From the NCBI RefSeq assembly GCF_009914755.1, contig NC_060948.1: 64,000 bases of DNA. The stretch is one strand, 5' to 3'. Below, piece by piece: positions 27,721 to 40,789 of this stretch (position 1 is the first letter of the stretch; each line of letters begins with the position of its first letter). This stretch comes from the human T2T-CHM13v2.0 reference genome, Homo sapiens. Made by a program: the position numbers and the translations under genes. Below the pieces are notes generated by a model, which ran no database searches, was not told the DNA's origin, and saw nothing but the letters and a program-made list of their open reading frames with translations.

Positions 27721-28026
27721 GGCCAGGTGCGGTGGCTCACACCTGTAATCCCAGAACTTTGGGAGGCTGAGGCGGGCGGATCCCGAGGTCAGGAGATCGA
27801 GACCATCCTGGCTAACATGGTGAAACCCCGTCTCTACTAAAAAATACAAAAAAAATTAGCCAGGCACAGTGATGGACATCTGTGATCCCAGCTACTCAGG
27901 AGGCTGAGGCAGGAGAATGGCAGGAACCCAGGAGGCGGAGTTTGCACTGAGCAGAGAGCACGCCACTGCACTCCAGGCTGGGAAACAGAGTGAGGCTCCG
28001 TCTCACAAAAAAAAAAAAAAAAAAAA
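27721..28026 (+). mobile_element. AluY
   Basis: Diagnostic gagatcgagaccatcctggctaac and gagaatggc; poly-A tail. Confidence 0.9.
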
Positions 28027-29283
28027 GATCTACAGATGGCAATTCTATTCAAATTAGCACAATTAGCTTATTTTTCTCCTCAGCTTCAGCAGATCAGATT
28101 TCTCTGCAATATGCCATGCCTTGGCAGGCTGGGATCATCAGCTGTGGCAGTCAGGTCTACAGCGGGTCCATAGTTAGCAGCTCATGGGTTCTCATAGCTG
28201 CCCACTGTGTCAGGAACATGTAAGTTTGTGCCTGCCTCTTCCCATATCCTATGATTTATGATCCCATAAGTACATTGCTGAAGGTTTCTCTGTCCTAATT
28301 CACTTCTATAATACATGAGCATCTCACTTATATGGATAACATTTTTGTTTTAGGCTAAAAAGAAATTTTGTCACAGTGTTTGGCTTATTAGTACCTCTGT
28401 TAGTCAATTCCTCTGCAATCCCCTTGTCTATGAACTCTTTATCCATAGATTTCTGATTTCTCTGAAGATGAGCTAGGGACCTTATGTATCATAAATAAAG
28501 AAATATGCTAGAAAGCCTGATGTAGGTTTAAGGTTCAGGTTTTCTAATGAATGTATTGTAATAAATCTTTGCCTATGCACACAGGAGTCCTGAAGACACT
28601 GCTGTGATACTGGGCCTGAGGCATCCTGGGGCACAACTGAGAGTTGTGAAGGTGTCTACCATTCTGCTGCATGAGAGATTCTGGTTGGTGAGTGGAGCAG
28701 CAAGAAATATCCTGGCATTGCTACTCCTCCAAGATGTCCAGACTCCCATTCGGCTCTCAGCACTCCGGCTGTCTGAAGAATCTGAATAGTCCAGAAGGCT
28801 GGCTCTCTGGGGCACAAATTATTACACCAGGTCAGTGTTACTTTTTCTCACTGGGGTAGCAGTTGTAAAAAATAAATGAGATTTGTATTTTTAATATTAT
28901 GTTTCAAGGAGTAACTGTAATCACAATTGTATACATTACTAATAATAAGATGTTTAATCCACACAAGAGACCCACTAGGAAATGTGTTTTTGTTTTATAA
29001 GATGATGGTTCTGATGATAACTTCACAAGATTTTAGATCTGAAAACATTTATATGAGGATCTTTCTCTGTACAGTCAATTTTATAAACCAAAGTAGACAT
29101 GATTGGTTTTCCAACTCTTTGCTAACTTCAAAACAAAGGAAAAAGAAGGTTTTTTGATTTGTTTTCTTTTTACCTCTTTATGAAAATGAAGCTGAACTTG
29201 ACTTGGCATTTGGAATTTCTTAAGTAAAATTTACTTGTTACTTTTGAAGAGTGGCATTTAAAAAGTGATTAAAGAATGACAAT

Positions 29284-29917
<634 letters not shown>

Positions 29918-31584
29918 TTAATGGTGATAAAATAAACTGAATTTCTCTGTGTAAGTTACACATACAAATGTAATGACGAGACAGTGATAAGACAAATCAA
30001 GGTTTTATCTCAATACTTAGTGTCTACATGTAACATATGTTCTTTAGGATAGTTATAGTCCATTTTCTTTCCAGGAGAGACTGATGAGAATGCAGAAATG
30101 TTAAAGCACAAGTGATGGAAGCTTCCAGCTGTGCCCACCTGTAACCTGACATAGACAGTTCCATTGTTTGCTTCATTACTCAGGTCAAAGACATTAATGC
30201 AAATGTGGTACACAGTCAAATTCTTTTCTATCTACATGATAGAAACTATAACTTTGTCCCTGTATAGAAGGGTATACAGCATATGCCTAAATGATAAATA
30301 TAAGTGAATCATTGATCAGTAGGAAACCATTTTAAAAGTCTTTAATTACAGAACAAAATCTCTGAAAAATTTTATTGTCAATCTGAGTTTTCTTACATGA
30401 GTTATTAATCTCTAGCCATACTAAAGAGATAGTATGCTGTTCTTCAAACAAATTAGACATTGTATATAAAACGACTCCAACATTTTTCTATTTCTCCAAG
30501 TAAAATAACTTGTTTAAGGTATGCTCTTCAGTGATTTTTTTGTAGTAACACTTTTGAAGGTATTTTACCAGGAAGATTTACTTATGTACTTATCTGATGT
30601 CTGCCTTTCTTCTGAATACATATTTTATCACCCACTTATTAATTCTAAGTTTAAGAAGTTGGAATAGGGATTTAAATCCAAATTCTACGTTTGAATTTAC
30701 AGGAGTCAGTGAGTCCAGAAAATGTCATTATGCGCAGACCAATATCTGGCAATGGCACTAGGGGACAAATATGCTTTACCAGTCTCAAAGCCCTAGCTAC
30801 TACAGTGAGTCCACACTTCTCCTGTATCTTATCTGCTTCAGCAAAAGAAGGCCACCCACTAAATCAGGCCGTTGTGGCTTGGGTGGAAACTCCTAAGTCC
30901 TCTACTCTCCTTAAAGAGCCAACCACACTGCCACTTTCCTCAATAATAATTACTGCAGCTCTGAGACTTTGGTAGCCTAGTGACTATAACTATTGATGCT
31001 ACAGTCTGGTCACAGTATGATAAAACACCAAAACAACAAAAACAAAAATATTGACTTAAGCCTTCTAAGATCTCTCTAAATATACCTTCATTAAATATGA
31101 TCTTTTTCTACATAACAACTGCTTTCTACTTCCTGAACTAATGCATGGCCTTGGATTGCTTTCATTCTTGAAATTGATTCAAAAGTGTATATTTAACATG
31201 AAGGTGAATACAGAATTTCATGTGTCAGCAAATAAAATTTTCAAAATGATGCAAAATACAAATGTGAAATTTATTTGTGAATTTGATTATTCTTTCAGAT
31301 TATATTTTCATACTTACCCCCTCGCACAATTTTTTATAACTATCTGCATGTTCTCCTCAGGTTGGGGAAAAACAGTATTGGAGTTCTTGAATAATTTATG
31401 AAAGACAGAATGACAATACTATACAAGGTTAACCTATACACAATACTGTATTTGGTGAGCGAAAATATTACATATAAAATCCTACAAAAGTATTAAGTAA
31501 ATATAATACATTATTTCAATAATTATAAAATACATGTACATGAAGAAAATATAATAATGATTAAAATACATTAACAAACAAATG

Positions 31585-31865
31585 AGGCTGGGCGTGGTGG
31601 CTCACACCTGGAAGCCCAGCATTTTGGGAGGCCAGTGCAGGCAGATCACAGCAGTATGAGACCAGTCTGGCAAATACGGTGAAACCAGTCTCTACTAAAA
31701 ATAGAAAAATTAGCAGGACATGTGCCTGTAATCCCAGCTCCTCAGAAGGCTAAGGCAGGGGAATCGTTTGAAGCTGGGAGGCAGATGTTGCAGTGAGACG
31801 AGATTTTGCCACTTAACTTCAGCCTGGATGACAGATCGAGACTTCATCTGAAAACAAACAAACAC
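31585..31865 (+). mobile_element. AluS
   Basis: ggctgggcgtggtggctcac through an A/C-rich tail. Confidence 0.88.
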
Positions 31866-33093
31866 ACACACCCCCCCAAAAACTAATGAATTTAAAAAAA
31901 AAATCTATGCTAGAAAAAGTGCTCAGAGGCAAACTCACATATCTAACTGAAAAAGAAAATCCTTGAAAACAAAAGTTCCAGAAGAGGCAAATAAGAAAAC
32001 ACAATTAACACCTTGCATATAAAGTACAAATAGTAAAGTGAAAAGAACCACAGGGGAAAAAAATTCAAAATTTACGACTAAGTACTCTAAAAGAAGCTGA
32101 AAGTCCCTCAAAAACTTTCCAGAGTCCATGTCCCTGTATTGCAAAAATGATCATAACAATTGCCAGGAGTAGAACAATAAAAATATATCTTAAAACTTGA
32201 TAAACACTTCAAGTCTCTCATAATATTTATAATGGAAAATGGATCCTTCTGCAGTTTTTCCATACAATTATGAAGAAATTATTTTTCTTTGCACTTAAAT
32301 TTGTTTTTTCAATATTCTAAGAAATTAACTTTTATATTAATAGTAGGTGATGTAACAAAGCAGGTCTTTATCAAGATAACTGACACTGGATGTCCATACC
32401 ATTACTCAGGTGGGCCTTAATTCCCAGCCAGGTTCCCTCCCTGGACACATACTGAAGGTCCCCAGCCATTTTGCAATCTCTTCACATTTCCAGTCCTGGA
32501 GGAAGCTCTAAAATACATGTACATGGAGATAATAGAACATTTCATCACACTGGAACCCAGTGCATTCCTCCAGATTCCCTGTGAAGTGGACTGTCTTATA
32601 TGGGAAGGCAGGGCAGTTGGAGTGAGGATAGCAGAGAGGATAACATATCAGGGCAGCCCGGGGTCATCAAAACAGAACATGACAGACCTGGGAGAAACAT
32701 TCTGAAGGAATGTAGACTTAGATGGGCCTCAGGTGGATATCTGTGTAGAGAGGGAGAGGGTCCTGGATGAGCTCAAACTGAGTCTCAGGTGGTAGGAGGT
32801 CTCAGGGCAAGGGAGGGAGCTGGCAAGTGATGATGAGACAGCTATCCCTTAAGCTCTGCTTCTCACCCACTGATCTTAGTCACATATGCATTGTAGTGGC
32901 TTAAGGTTCCCCAATCCTGAAATGTGGGTGTTGCAGTTCACCGATGGGCCTTTCTCCCCCAACCAATGGATGGCCTGGGATTGCTCATTGCAGTTTCCTG
33001 CATGATCCTTGGGTTCTCCCTGTGGGGCACAGATCCAGGACTGAAAGACCTCTCAGTTCCCAGCCCTAGGCTGTTCCCTGGCCTCTGTTCCCT

Positions 33094-35310
33094 CTAAAAT
33101 GCTGTCCCTCCCACCATGGAATAGAACTGCAATGGATTGAGCCATAGGCCCTGGCTGATGATCTAGGGGACTGCAGAAGTGGGTCCAGGACAGTTCATGT
33201 CACAGTTTAATGCCAATTCCCCAGAGACCAAGGAATGCCCAGCGAGGTCCTTTCCCATGATGCCCCATGGTGAACCTCACCTCAGCAATCCTACCAAAAC
33301 CCGGGCAGTCATGTTCAGCCAAACAGGTGAAAAAGCTCAGGTAGGAGGTGTACTGCCTGCAGCTGGAGGCTTGACCTTCATGATCCCAGAACAACTGGAC
33401 TGCAGTGGAATGAGATACCCTGTACCCTGGAGGGAGAGGAGTCAGGAAGGTTCATCCTAGACCTACCCTCCCACATACCGGCTCCCCTACCATGCTAGGA
33501 GGCACTCCTTACCGAGGATGCCAATGCAGTACTACTTACTGATCACTTCATTGTGGAAATAAAGGCTGTGACAAAAGGAAATCTTCATCTTGCTGCCGGT
33601 AACAGGGATGCCTGAGTTCCTCCACCTGCCTAACCAAGAAGGAGAAAGAGTATGGATTCAATGGGACCATTTCATCTAGCTGGGCTGAGGTGGCCTGCTA
33701 GCTGGAGTGAAGCATGAATTTCCCATTCCCAGCTTTGCAACTGAGACAACCCTGGACCCCAGGGGGACCTCAAACTGACTCAGACACTGGACCCCTCCCA
33801 CAGACCCAGGCTCCCCAGCCTGACCTGCAAATCCATCACTTCATCATGGTTTCCAACCCAGGTCAACATCTGGTGTGCCAAACAATCTACATCTGGTCAA
33901 GGAGTCTCCAGATGATTCAGTGGGCAAGCCTCCTGACGCCTGCAATTCTGCAAGAGCACAGAGAATGTGGAGCAGGGATATCTCCCAGACATTTGGCCTG
34001 TCACGCTCCGATGTTGATCCTCTGTTTCTGTCTGGTGAGGAGGCAATGCCACAACTGTGGTGGTTTTTGGGGTGGCTGGACCCCGGCCAAGACGGCCTGG
34101 GCTGACCAGAGACGGGAGGCAGAAAAAGTGGGCAGGTGGTTGCAGCTGAGGGGCAGGGGCGGGGGCAGGGTGGTGTGAGGCGGCTGCTTCTCTGGGTTCA
34201 TGAGCTGCAGGAGGCCTTTGCGTGCTGGGTGCTGGACATGCTCTGCTGATGTCCGGGTGTGTGGTGTCTTCTTATCCTAGTCTCCCTGAGGGGTGGACCT
34301 GTCTGCCTGAGGAAGCCCTGTAGTTAGAAGGGGCTGCAGGGTAGTTCCTGGCGCTCCCCATGGGGACTGGGTGGGTGCAAAGGAGGTTATATACGCTCAG
34401 GGGCTATAACCCTTTGGGTGCAGCGCCGGCAGGCAGAAGAAAGCATATCTGGGGAGCTAGTACCTGCCTTGTGGAGGTCGGCAGCCCCATGTACCGCTAA
34501 CCCGAGTCTTAAGCACCTTGTGTTTCTGGGGCGAGCCTTCTGGAAACGGGCACTGAGAGCGGGGGTGATTCAATGGCTGGCAATGTCATGCAGACTCCCC
34601 TTCCTCCAGGACATTCCCAGGGAAACATGCCCTTTGACATTGTGCTGTGCGTGAAGGGACTCTGGCGCCGCGATTCTCCCTTGTGAGTGCTGTGCTCGGC
34701 TCCCCTTCCCTACCACGTGCTCCCAGTGCTCCCAGTGCTGCTACAAGCAAGCTGCCCTCACAGCTGCAGGAACGTGACCTCGGCTCCCATCCTGTCCCCC
34801 ATCCCCTGCCTCCTGGCTCACCCCATGTGCCTCCTCCTGGCTCCTCCCCCAACAGCCCCCATGCCCCCACGAAGCCCGATGCCCATCCCCTGCTGCCAGC
34901 CATCTGGAATCGGCAGCTGCAAGGATATGGCTCTGTCCCAGAAGCCCAGGCCACAGGGGCATTCACGGAGTCTACCTCCAAGTGAAGGACCTCCAGCGAG
35001 TCCATTGATGGCCTGGGTGTGCTGGGTCCAGGGCCAAGCTGTGCCCGCTGGCCCTCCTTCTGCCACCCCACGTCAGTCTCCTCCTCAACCACCACCTCCA
35101 CCTCAGCCATTATGTCTTCCACCTTCAGCACCGCCTCCTCTTCCAAGGCTGCCTCCTTGCTCTGTACCCCGGCCGTCCTCTCCAGCAGAGCCTCCAGCCT
35201 GAACACGGTGCCCTCCTGGGTGCTCCCACAGACCCTGGCCTGCACAGCCCAGCCCATCCCCGGTATCCCTATGCTCTGGGGGCTGCTCCCCAAGAGGCCC
35301 GCTCCGTGAA
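33094..35310 (-). pseudogene. Divergent TSPY-like pseudogene, copy A (head-to-head with the + TSPY)
   Basis: Exon1 ~35310-34929 ([33 protein letters not shown]; internal deletion), exon2 33886-33825, exon3 33625-33513 (+1 frameshift), exon4 33426-33281 (146 bp; SFFTCLAEHDCPGFGRIAE), exon5 from 33162 (IISQGLWLNPLQFY). Confidence 0.88.
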
Positions 35311-35379
35311 AGACCCACGGGCCTCTCCCTGCTGAAAACCTAGTCCCACACCTACATGGACCCAGGTTTCCTGAGGAGC

Positions 35380-36254
35380 CCCGCTGGGCCCGCAGATGGC
35401 CGCACTCGCCGTGGGGCTCAGGACCACAGCAGGGTCAACTGCGCATAGGAGCTCAGAAGCCAGAGGCCGAGGCCCTGTGCTTGCAGAGCCCCACCAGCAG
35501 GCACCGCAGCGGCTGCTGCGGGTGCGGGAGCCTCTGGGTCGTCAAGGCAGTGCACAACAGCGTGCGCGCAGGCCGACAATGGCCAACCCTGGCGGCTGGC
35601 CTCTGGTGTGCCCAGGGCACAGGACTAGAGGCCCTTTGGAATGCTCCTTGGAGTACAGCATCCTCAGGGAGGAAGCATGGTACTCGGAGCCTGTATTTGC
35701 CTCGACCTGCGAGAGTACATGCCAGGGTTCTAGCCTACAGTGCAGACGAATTCCACCTCTGCACAAGCAGGTGACTTTCCTCCCACATACCCGCCCCGAC
35801 TCACTTCTGCTAGGCCACCCCCGCCGCCCTCGCCCCAGCAACCAGAGAAAGTTCTCCTCTGGATCTGCAATATTCCTTATGTACCATCTACCTGGCCTGC
35901 CTAATGAAGAGAGATGTTTCCTGTGTTCATGACACATAGAGATGTTCATGGCTTGCCACACTGAGGATGTCAGGGCACAGGGCTGCCATGCCCACAATTC
36001 CAAAGGCCACGCAGCCCGCGTGTGCCCGGACGCCTAGCTACCCGGCACAAGTTCCAAGGGCTTCTCGGAGGAGGCTTGGGCAGGGAAGGCGGGGGGTGGG
36101 GGGGCTGGAGATGCAGGCCCGCCAGTGGCTGTGCCGCCCAGGGAGACGCCCACCGCCCTCCCATTGATTGGCCACGACGGGAGGAAGTCGGCCTGGGTGC
36201 GGCCCCCCGGCCCTTCGCGCGCAGTCCCTTAGGGGGCGCCTGGAAGTCCGGCGC
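35380..36254. promoter_or_regulatory. CpG/GC-rich TSPY promoter region between the divergent TSPY copies
   Basis: High CpG density against an AT-rich background. Reverse CCAAT box (ATTGG, ~36167), GGAAGT sites, and G-run cluster 36075-36105. Confidence 0.65.
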
Positions 36255-38808
36255 ATGCGCCCTGAGGGCTCGCTGACCTACCGGGTGCCATAGAGGCTGC
36301 GGCAGGGTTCCTGTGGCTTGGGTCGGGCAGCACAGGCCTTGGTGTGTGCGAGTGCCGAGGAGGGCACCGCCTTCAGGATGGAGGCTGTACAGGAGGGGGC
36401 GGCCGGGGTGGAGAGTGAGCAGGCGGCTTTGCGGGAGGAGGCGGTGCAGCTGTTGGATGACATAATGGCAGAGGTGGAGGTGGTGGCCCAGGAGGAGGCC
36501 CTCGTGGAGGGGCAGGAGGAGGCCCAGAAGCCACAGCCTGGCCCTGGGCCCATAATCCCAGAGTCCGCCCTGGAGGAGCTGGTGGCCGTTCAGGTGGAGC
36601 TGGAGCCGGTTAATGCCCAAGCCAGGAAGGCCTTTTCTCGCCAGAGGGAAAAGATGGAATGGAGGCACAAGCCCCACCTAGACCGCAGAGGCGCCGTCAT
36701 CCAGAGCGTCCCTGGCTTCTGGGCCCATGTTGTATCCTTCTCAGTGTTTTTTCTGCCTTTCCAGTTGAGAGGTGCTCTCGGGGAAGTGTAAGTGACCGAT
36801 GGGCAGCTCATCGTCGATATGACTCTTTGGAGAACAAAGGGGAGTTGCCACGGACAAATGAGGCTGTAGAAAGCCGGAGCAGGCGTGGGTACTGTTTTCC
36901 TGCATGCGGCAGAGAAACCCTTGGTGATGCCGAGCAGCAGACGTTTGGGGCATCATTTGAAGAGCAGAAGCGAGTTCAGACCAGAATACGTTTTTCTGTG
37001 AATGAAGGTATTGTTAAGGGAGTGTGATTACTCCCCCTTGCTAGTCAGATCTGGGACTGGGCGTCTTCGCCTATAAGCTGATTCTGCCACTCCGCAGACA
37101 CCAGCAACTCTCTGCAAATCGCACCTCCCCATGTCAGTGCAGTCAGCCTCAGAATTATACACTCTCTGCGAGCCCAAAAGACCTTAATTTAGGGGGAGGG
37201 GGAGGCAAAAGGAGGTCATACATGGAAGCAGTTCTGAGAAATCCCCTACCCCAGACTCTGGGCGCTCTTAGGCCTTCTTCCCTGTTGCTCCTAGCTTCTC
37301 CTTCCATCACATGTAAAGCCTCTTTGACCTAAATCAGATTGCAAACCACCCCCAGATGTCAGCCCTGATCACTGACCAAGATGAAGACATGCTGAGCTAC
37401 ATGGTCAGCCTGGAGGTGAGGCTGGGAAGACTGAGGCTAGAGGGTTTAGTAGGGGAGGGTAAAGGAAATAATTCATTCCTGTAAGCAACAGTGGGCACCT
37501 CACCCGAAAAGGTATTTAAGCTTTCTCCACCTTGTCCTGACAGATGAAAGAAGTGAAGCATCCCATTCATCTCTGCAAGATCATGTTGTTCTTTTGGAGT
37601 AACCCCTACTTCAGAATAAAGTGATTACCAAGGAATATCTCGTGAACATCACAGGTGAGAGGTGGCACCCCAGATGGGTAGTGGAAGGAAGATGATGTGT
37701 GGGTCATTGCCAACATGATCCAGGCCCCTTCCCACAAAACCCTCTCTTTGTAGCATACAGGGCTTATTCCACTCCAATTCAGCAGTATCAGGATTATGAT
37801 GTTGAGCCCTATCGCTGGGGACACCACAACAGCAGCCTTAACTTCTTCAACTGGTTTGCTGACCGCAACTTCACAGGATCTAACAGGATTGCTGAGGAGA
37901 GTCCTCACTGGGAAACATTAGGAATGACCCTGGTGTGTTCCCAGCTGCTTGGGTCACCAGTCTGAGCCCTGATGAGGCCTTTCCCAATTGATTCCCCTGA
38001 TAGAGCTTATGTACGGAACTGTGGCACAAACCCCTGCAATACTACATGAAGATGAAGCCACCTGAAGAGGGAACAGAGATTTCAGATGAGCCGTTAAGTT
38101 GGAACTGGAGCTATTTGGTGCCCAGGGTAAGGGGGTTGACATACCTGCCTGTTCAGGGAGCCTGGATGCTCATTTCAGAAATGTAGAAATTGAGGCTCCT
38201 TTCATACATGTAGAAATTCCTTGAGAGAAAGACAGAGAGTGACAGAATCCAGGACATTAACGGCATTGGGCTGAAAAAGGCACATTAGATACCACACTGC
38301 AAAGCAGGTTATAGCTGTGGAGTCTTAAGCCCAGGGAAGCATAGTCTATGTCCAGACTCACTGAGAAGTAAAGTTGAATCATTCACTTCAATTTGTGGCA
38401 CTTGATTCCATGGCCATCAACCCCACCAGCAGCCATCCTACCAACTCCTTAAGATGGGGCTCCCTGAATGTGCCTCCTTGTTGTCCTTGCCACAAACCAC
38501 AGAGGACTGTTTAGGTCATTGCATTTTGTTAAGCTATTGCCCCATCAGATTTCTGTGTGCTTTTAGTATACAATGAATCTTGTTAGCTGACTCCTGTCAC
38601 AGTGAATACTGGGAATGGGGAAAATATTGCAGGGAACAGTTTGTAGCACATGGTAGGAGGAAGTTTAAGAGATCACAAATGGGGAAGGGGTAGTCTTTTC
38701 TCAGCAGGCCCTAAAATTAAAACATTTTGAAGTATGGCTCAGAGGAAATACATTTTGACACGTGTTTGTGTTTCTCTAGGGGACTCCCAGATGGTGAGTG
38801 GAATATGA
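36255..38808 (+). pseudogene. TSPY: TSPY pseudogene (testis-specific protein Y-linked; SET/NAP family), all 6 exons
   Basis: ATG 36255 (MRPEGSLTYRVP*). Exons 36255-36731, 37338-37415 (78 bp), 37544-37654 (111 bp; 1-bp deletion), 37754-37896, 38004-38085 (82 bp), 38780-38808. TAG at 36291-36293; donors GA at 37897 and AT at 38086. Confidence 0.95.
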
Positions 38809-40171
38809 TGGAGCATCACACTTTACCTAATACAGCAGAACTCCTACATAGTTACTATAGTATGCAGGACGTCAGTACTCAACATGGTCTTATGCCCAAG
38901 AACTAAAGGAAAAACAGATCCAGTCACAGAAAATCAGACAGGTTTAAACTACCAACCGTGTGTCTGTATTTGCGTATATTTATTTCTCTGTATGGGTTTG
39001 TCTCTATTCTCTGACTCCACCTATGTCACTCTGTCTGATATGTTTCCACACTGCCCATGGTAATTTGTACACGCCTATCTCTACAACCATGCTCGACTTT
39101 GTATCTCTGTCTTTGAACATCTATCACTCTCTCTCCCTTTCTTCATTGCTTTCCTTCCTTCACACCCTTCCTTTCTTCCTTCCCTTCCTTCCCCACCACC
39201 GTCTCTCCATCTGTATCATCTGTCTTCCTATTCTCGATCTGAATTTAGTTTGTAATTCTCAATCTGTTGGCAGTGGCATCAGATTATCGTTTTCATGTCT
39301 GGATGAAATTCCTCTTATAAAGAATATCCGCTGAAGGAGATGAGTTCTTTTTGTGAGCCATAATGAACTGTTTATTTTAGGCTGATCTAGCAATGACAGA
39401 GTTAAAAAAAAAAAAAGAAAAAACAAAAAACAAAAAACTAGACATTACAGCAAAGGCAAAGGTCACACGGATCCCACTCATCCCACTCATTGTATCCAAA
39501 AGGTGGAAATGTGAAAAAGCGGGTTATGCCTGTGGTCTCCAAAGCGGAAGGAGAAATTTCAAGGGATTCTGTTGGATCATTTTCCAGGAGGCAGCTATAG
39601 TTCATAGATACATGCTGCATAAACACAAGCGCAATGATGAAACAAAGAAAATGTTCTTTTCCCTCCGTTTTTATTTTGTATTATCATTTTAACAAACATC
39701 ATGCAAACAGAATTTATTCATGACATGTCATAAACTATTGTTTAATGAACTCATATCTGAGTTCTTCATTGTGTCAAACAATGTCAAAGAATCATGATTT
39801 GTTGTGACCTGCTACAGATAAGTGATAGGAAATTACAAAATGAGAGCATATAGAAAGGGCAAACTGTGGTCTGAGAACTTCACCAAGAGGTTCAGGTGAG
39901 CTGAATGCATGTCAGGGATTCAGAAAAAGACACTTGCACTTGTCATTAAGGGCTTTGAGTTCAAAAGAAGCACTCTTTCTACATTTATGTCTTTTAACTC
40001 ATTTGGGGAGTTTGGTGTGTTATCTCTCTGCCCTTTCTCATTGTTCTCCCCATCTGGGGCTGTTATTATGTGAAAGCTTGTTTCTTTCATCGGATCATGT
40101 AGGCTGTAATGATGTTTCGTTTATTTTGATTCTCCTTACACTGCGTAGTTTTAATTTACCTAAGGTGACTC

Positions 40172-40470
40172 ATTTTTGTTTGTTTCCTGAGAATAGGTCT
40201 TACTCTGTCTCCTAGGTTGGAGAGGAGCCTCAGGATCTCAGCCCACTGCAGCCTGGACACCGCACACCCATGTGATCCTCTCAAGTCAGACTCACATAGC
40301 TGGCACTACAGGTGCATGTCACCCCTCCCAGCTACGTATTAATTAATTAATTACTTTTTACACGTGGGCGCATGTTGCCCCGGGCTCATCTGGAACTCCT
40401 GAGTGCAGGCAATCCTCCCACCTCGGCCTCTCAAAGTGCTGGGATTACAGGTGTGACCCAGGGCCCTGGC
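40172..40470 (-). mobile_element. AluJ-like
   Basis: Degenerate reverse Alu ending cctcggcctctcaaagtgctgggattacagg. Confidence 0.8.
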
Positions 40471-40612
40471 ATGGCTTTGAGTTTTTTGCTTTTTTCTTCT
40501 GCCTCCTCATGTCTTCTTTTCAAACATGCAGTGAAGGTTTCAATTTATGGACTATATTCTGCACCTGTAATTTCAATCTTTCAGTTGATCATCTGCATTC
40601 ACTGGGATGTTC

Positions 40613-40615
<3 letters not shown>

Positions 40616-40656
<41 letters not shown>
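40616..40656. repeat. (TG)n(TA)n microsatellite
   Basis: Read directly from the sequence. Confidence 0.9.
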
Positions 40657-40789
40657 TTTAACTTACCAAATGATGTTGCATTCTTTCATGTGTCATGAAA
40701 AAGACTTTGATAGAAAAGAAAAGCACTGCTTTATAATAAAATACTTTATTGACATTTATTCTCTTAAGGCATTTTAAAAATTGTATGTT

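Noticed and set aside
30594-30644. Minus-strand segment INKWVIKYVFRRKADI, resembling the REM-domain WV motif
   Set aside because: The donor is ATAAGT and the gap to the next candidate exon (30550) is only 43 nt, too short for an intron. It was not used as evidence, though one of the boundaries may simply be mis-called.
34586-35293. 235-aa ORF as a novel protein
   Set aside because: It is TSPY-like exon 1 with an internal deletion, running into GC-rich intron sequence.
35396-36677. Several long overlapping ORFs (178, 153 and 235 aa)
   Set aside because: Expected from stop-poor GC-rich DNA and from antisense shadows of TSPY exon 1. No recognisable domains.
36318-36791. 157-aa ORF as an intact TSPY CDS
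   Set aside because: It is exon 1 read through into intron 1. The upstream TAG, the exon 3 frameshift and two dead donors make the locus a pseudogene.
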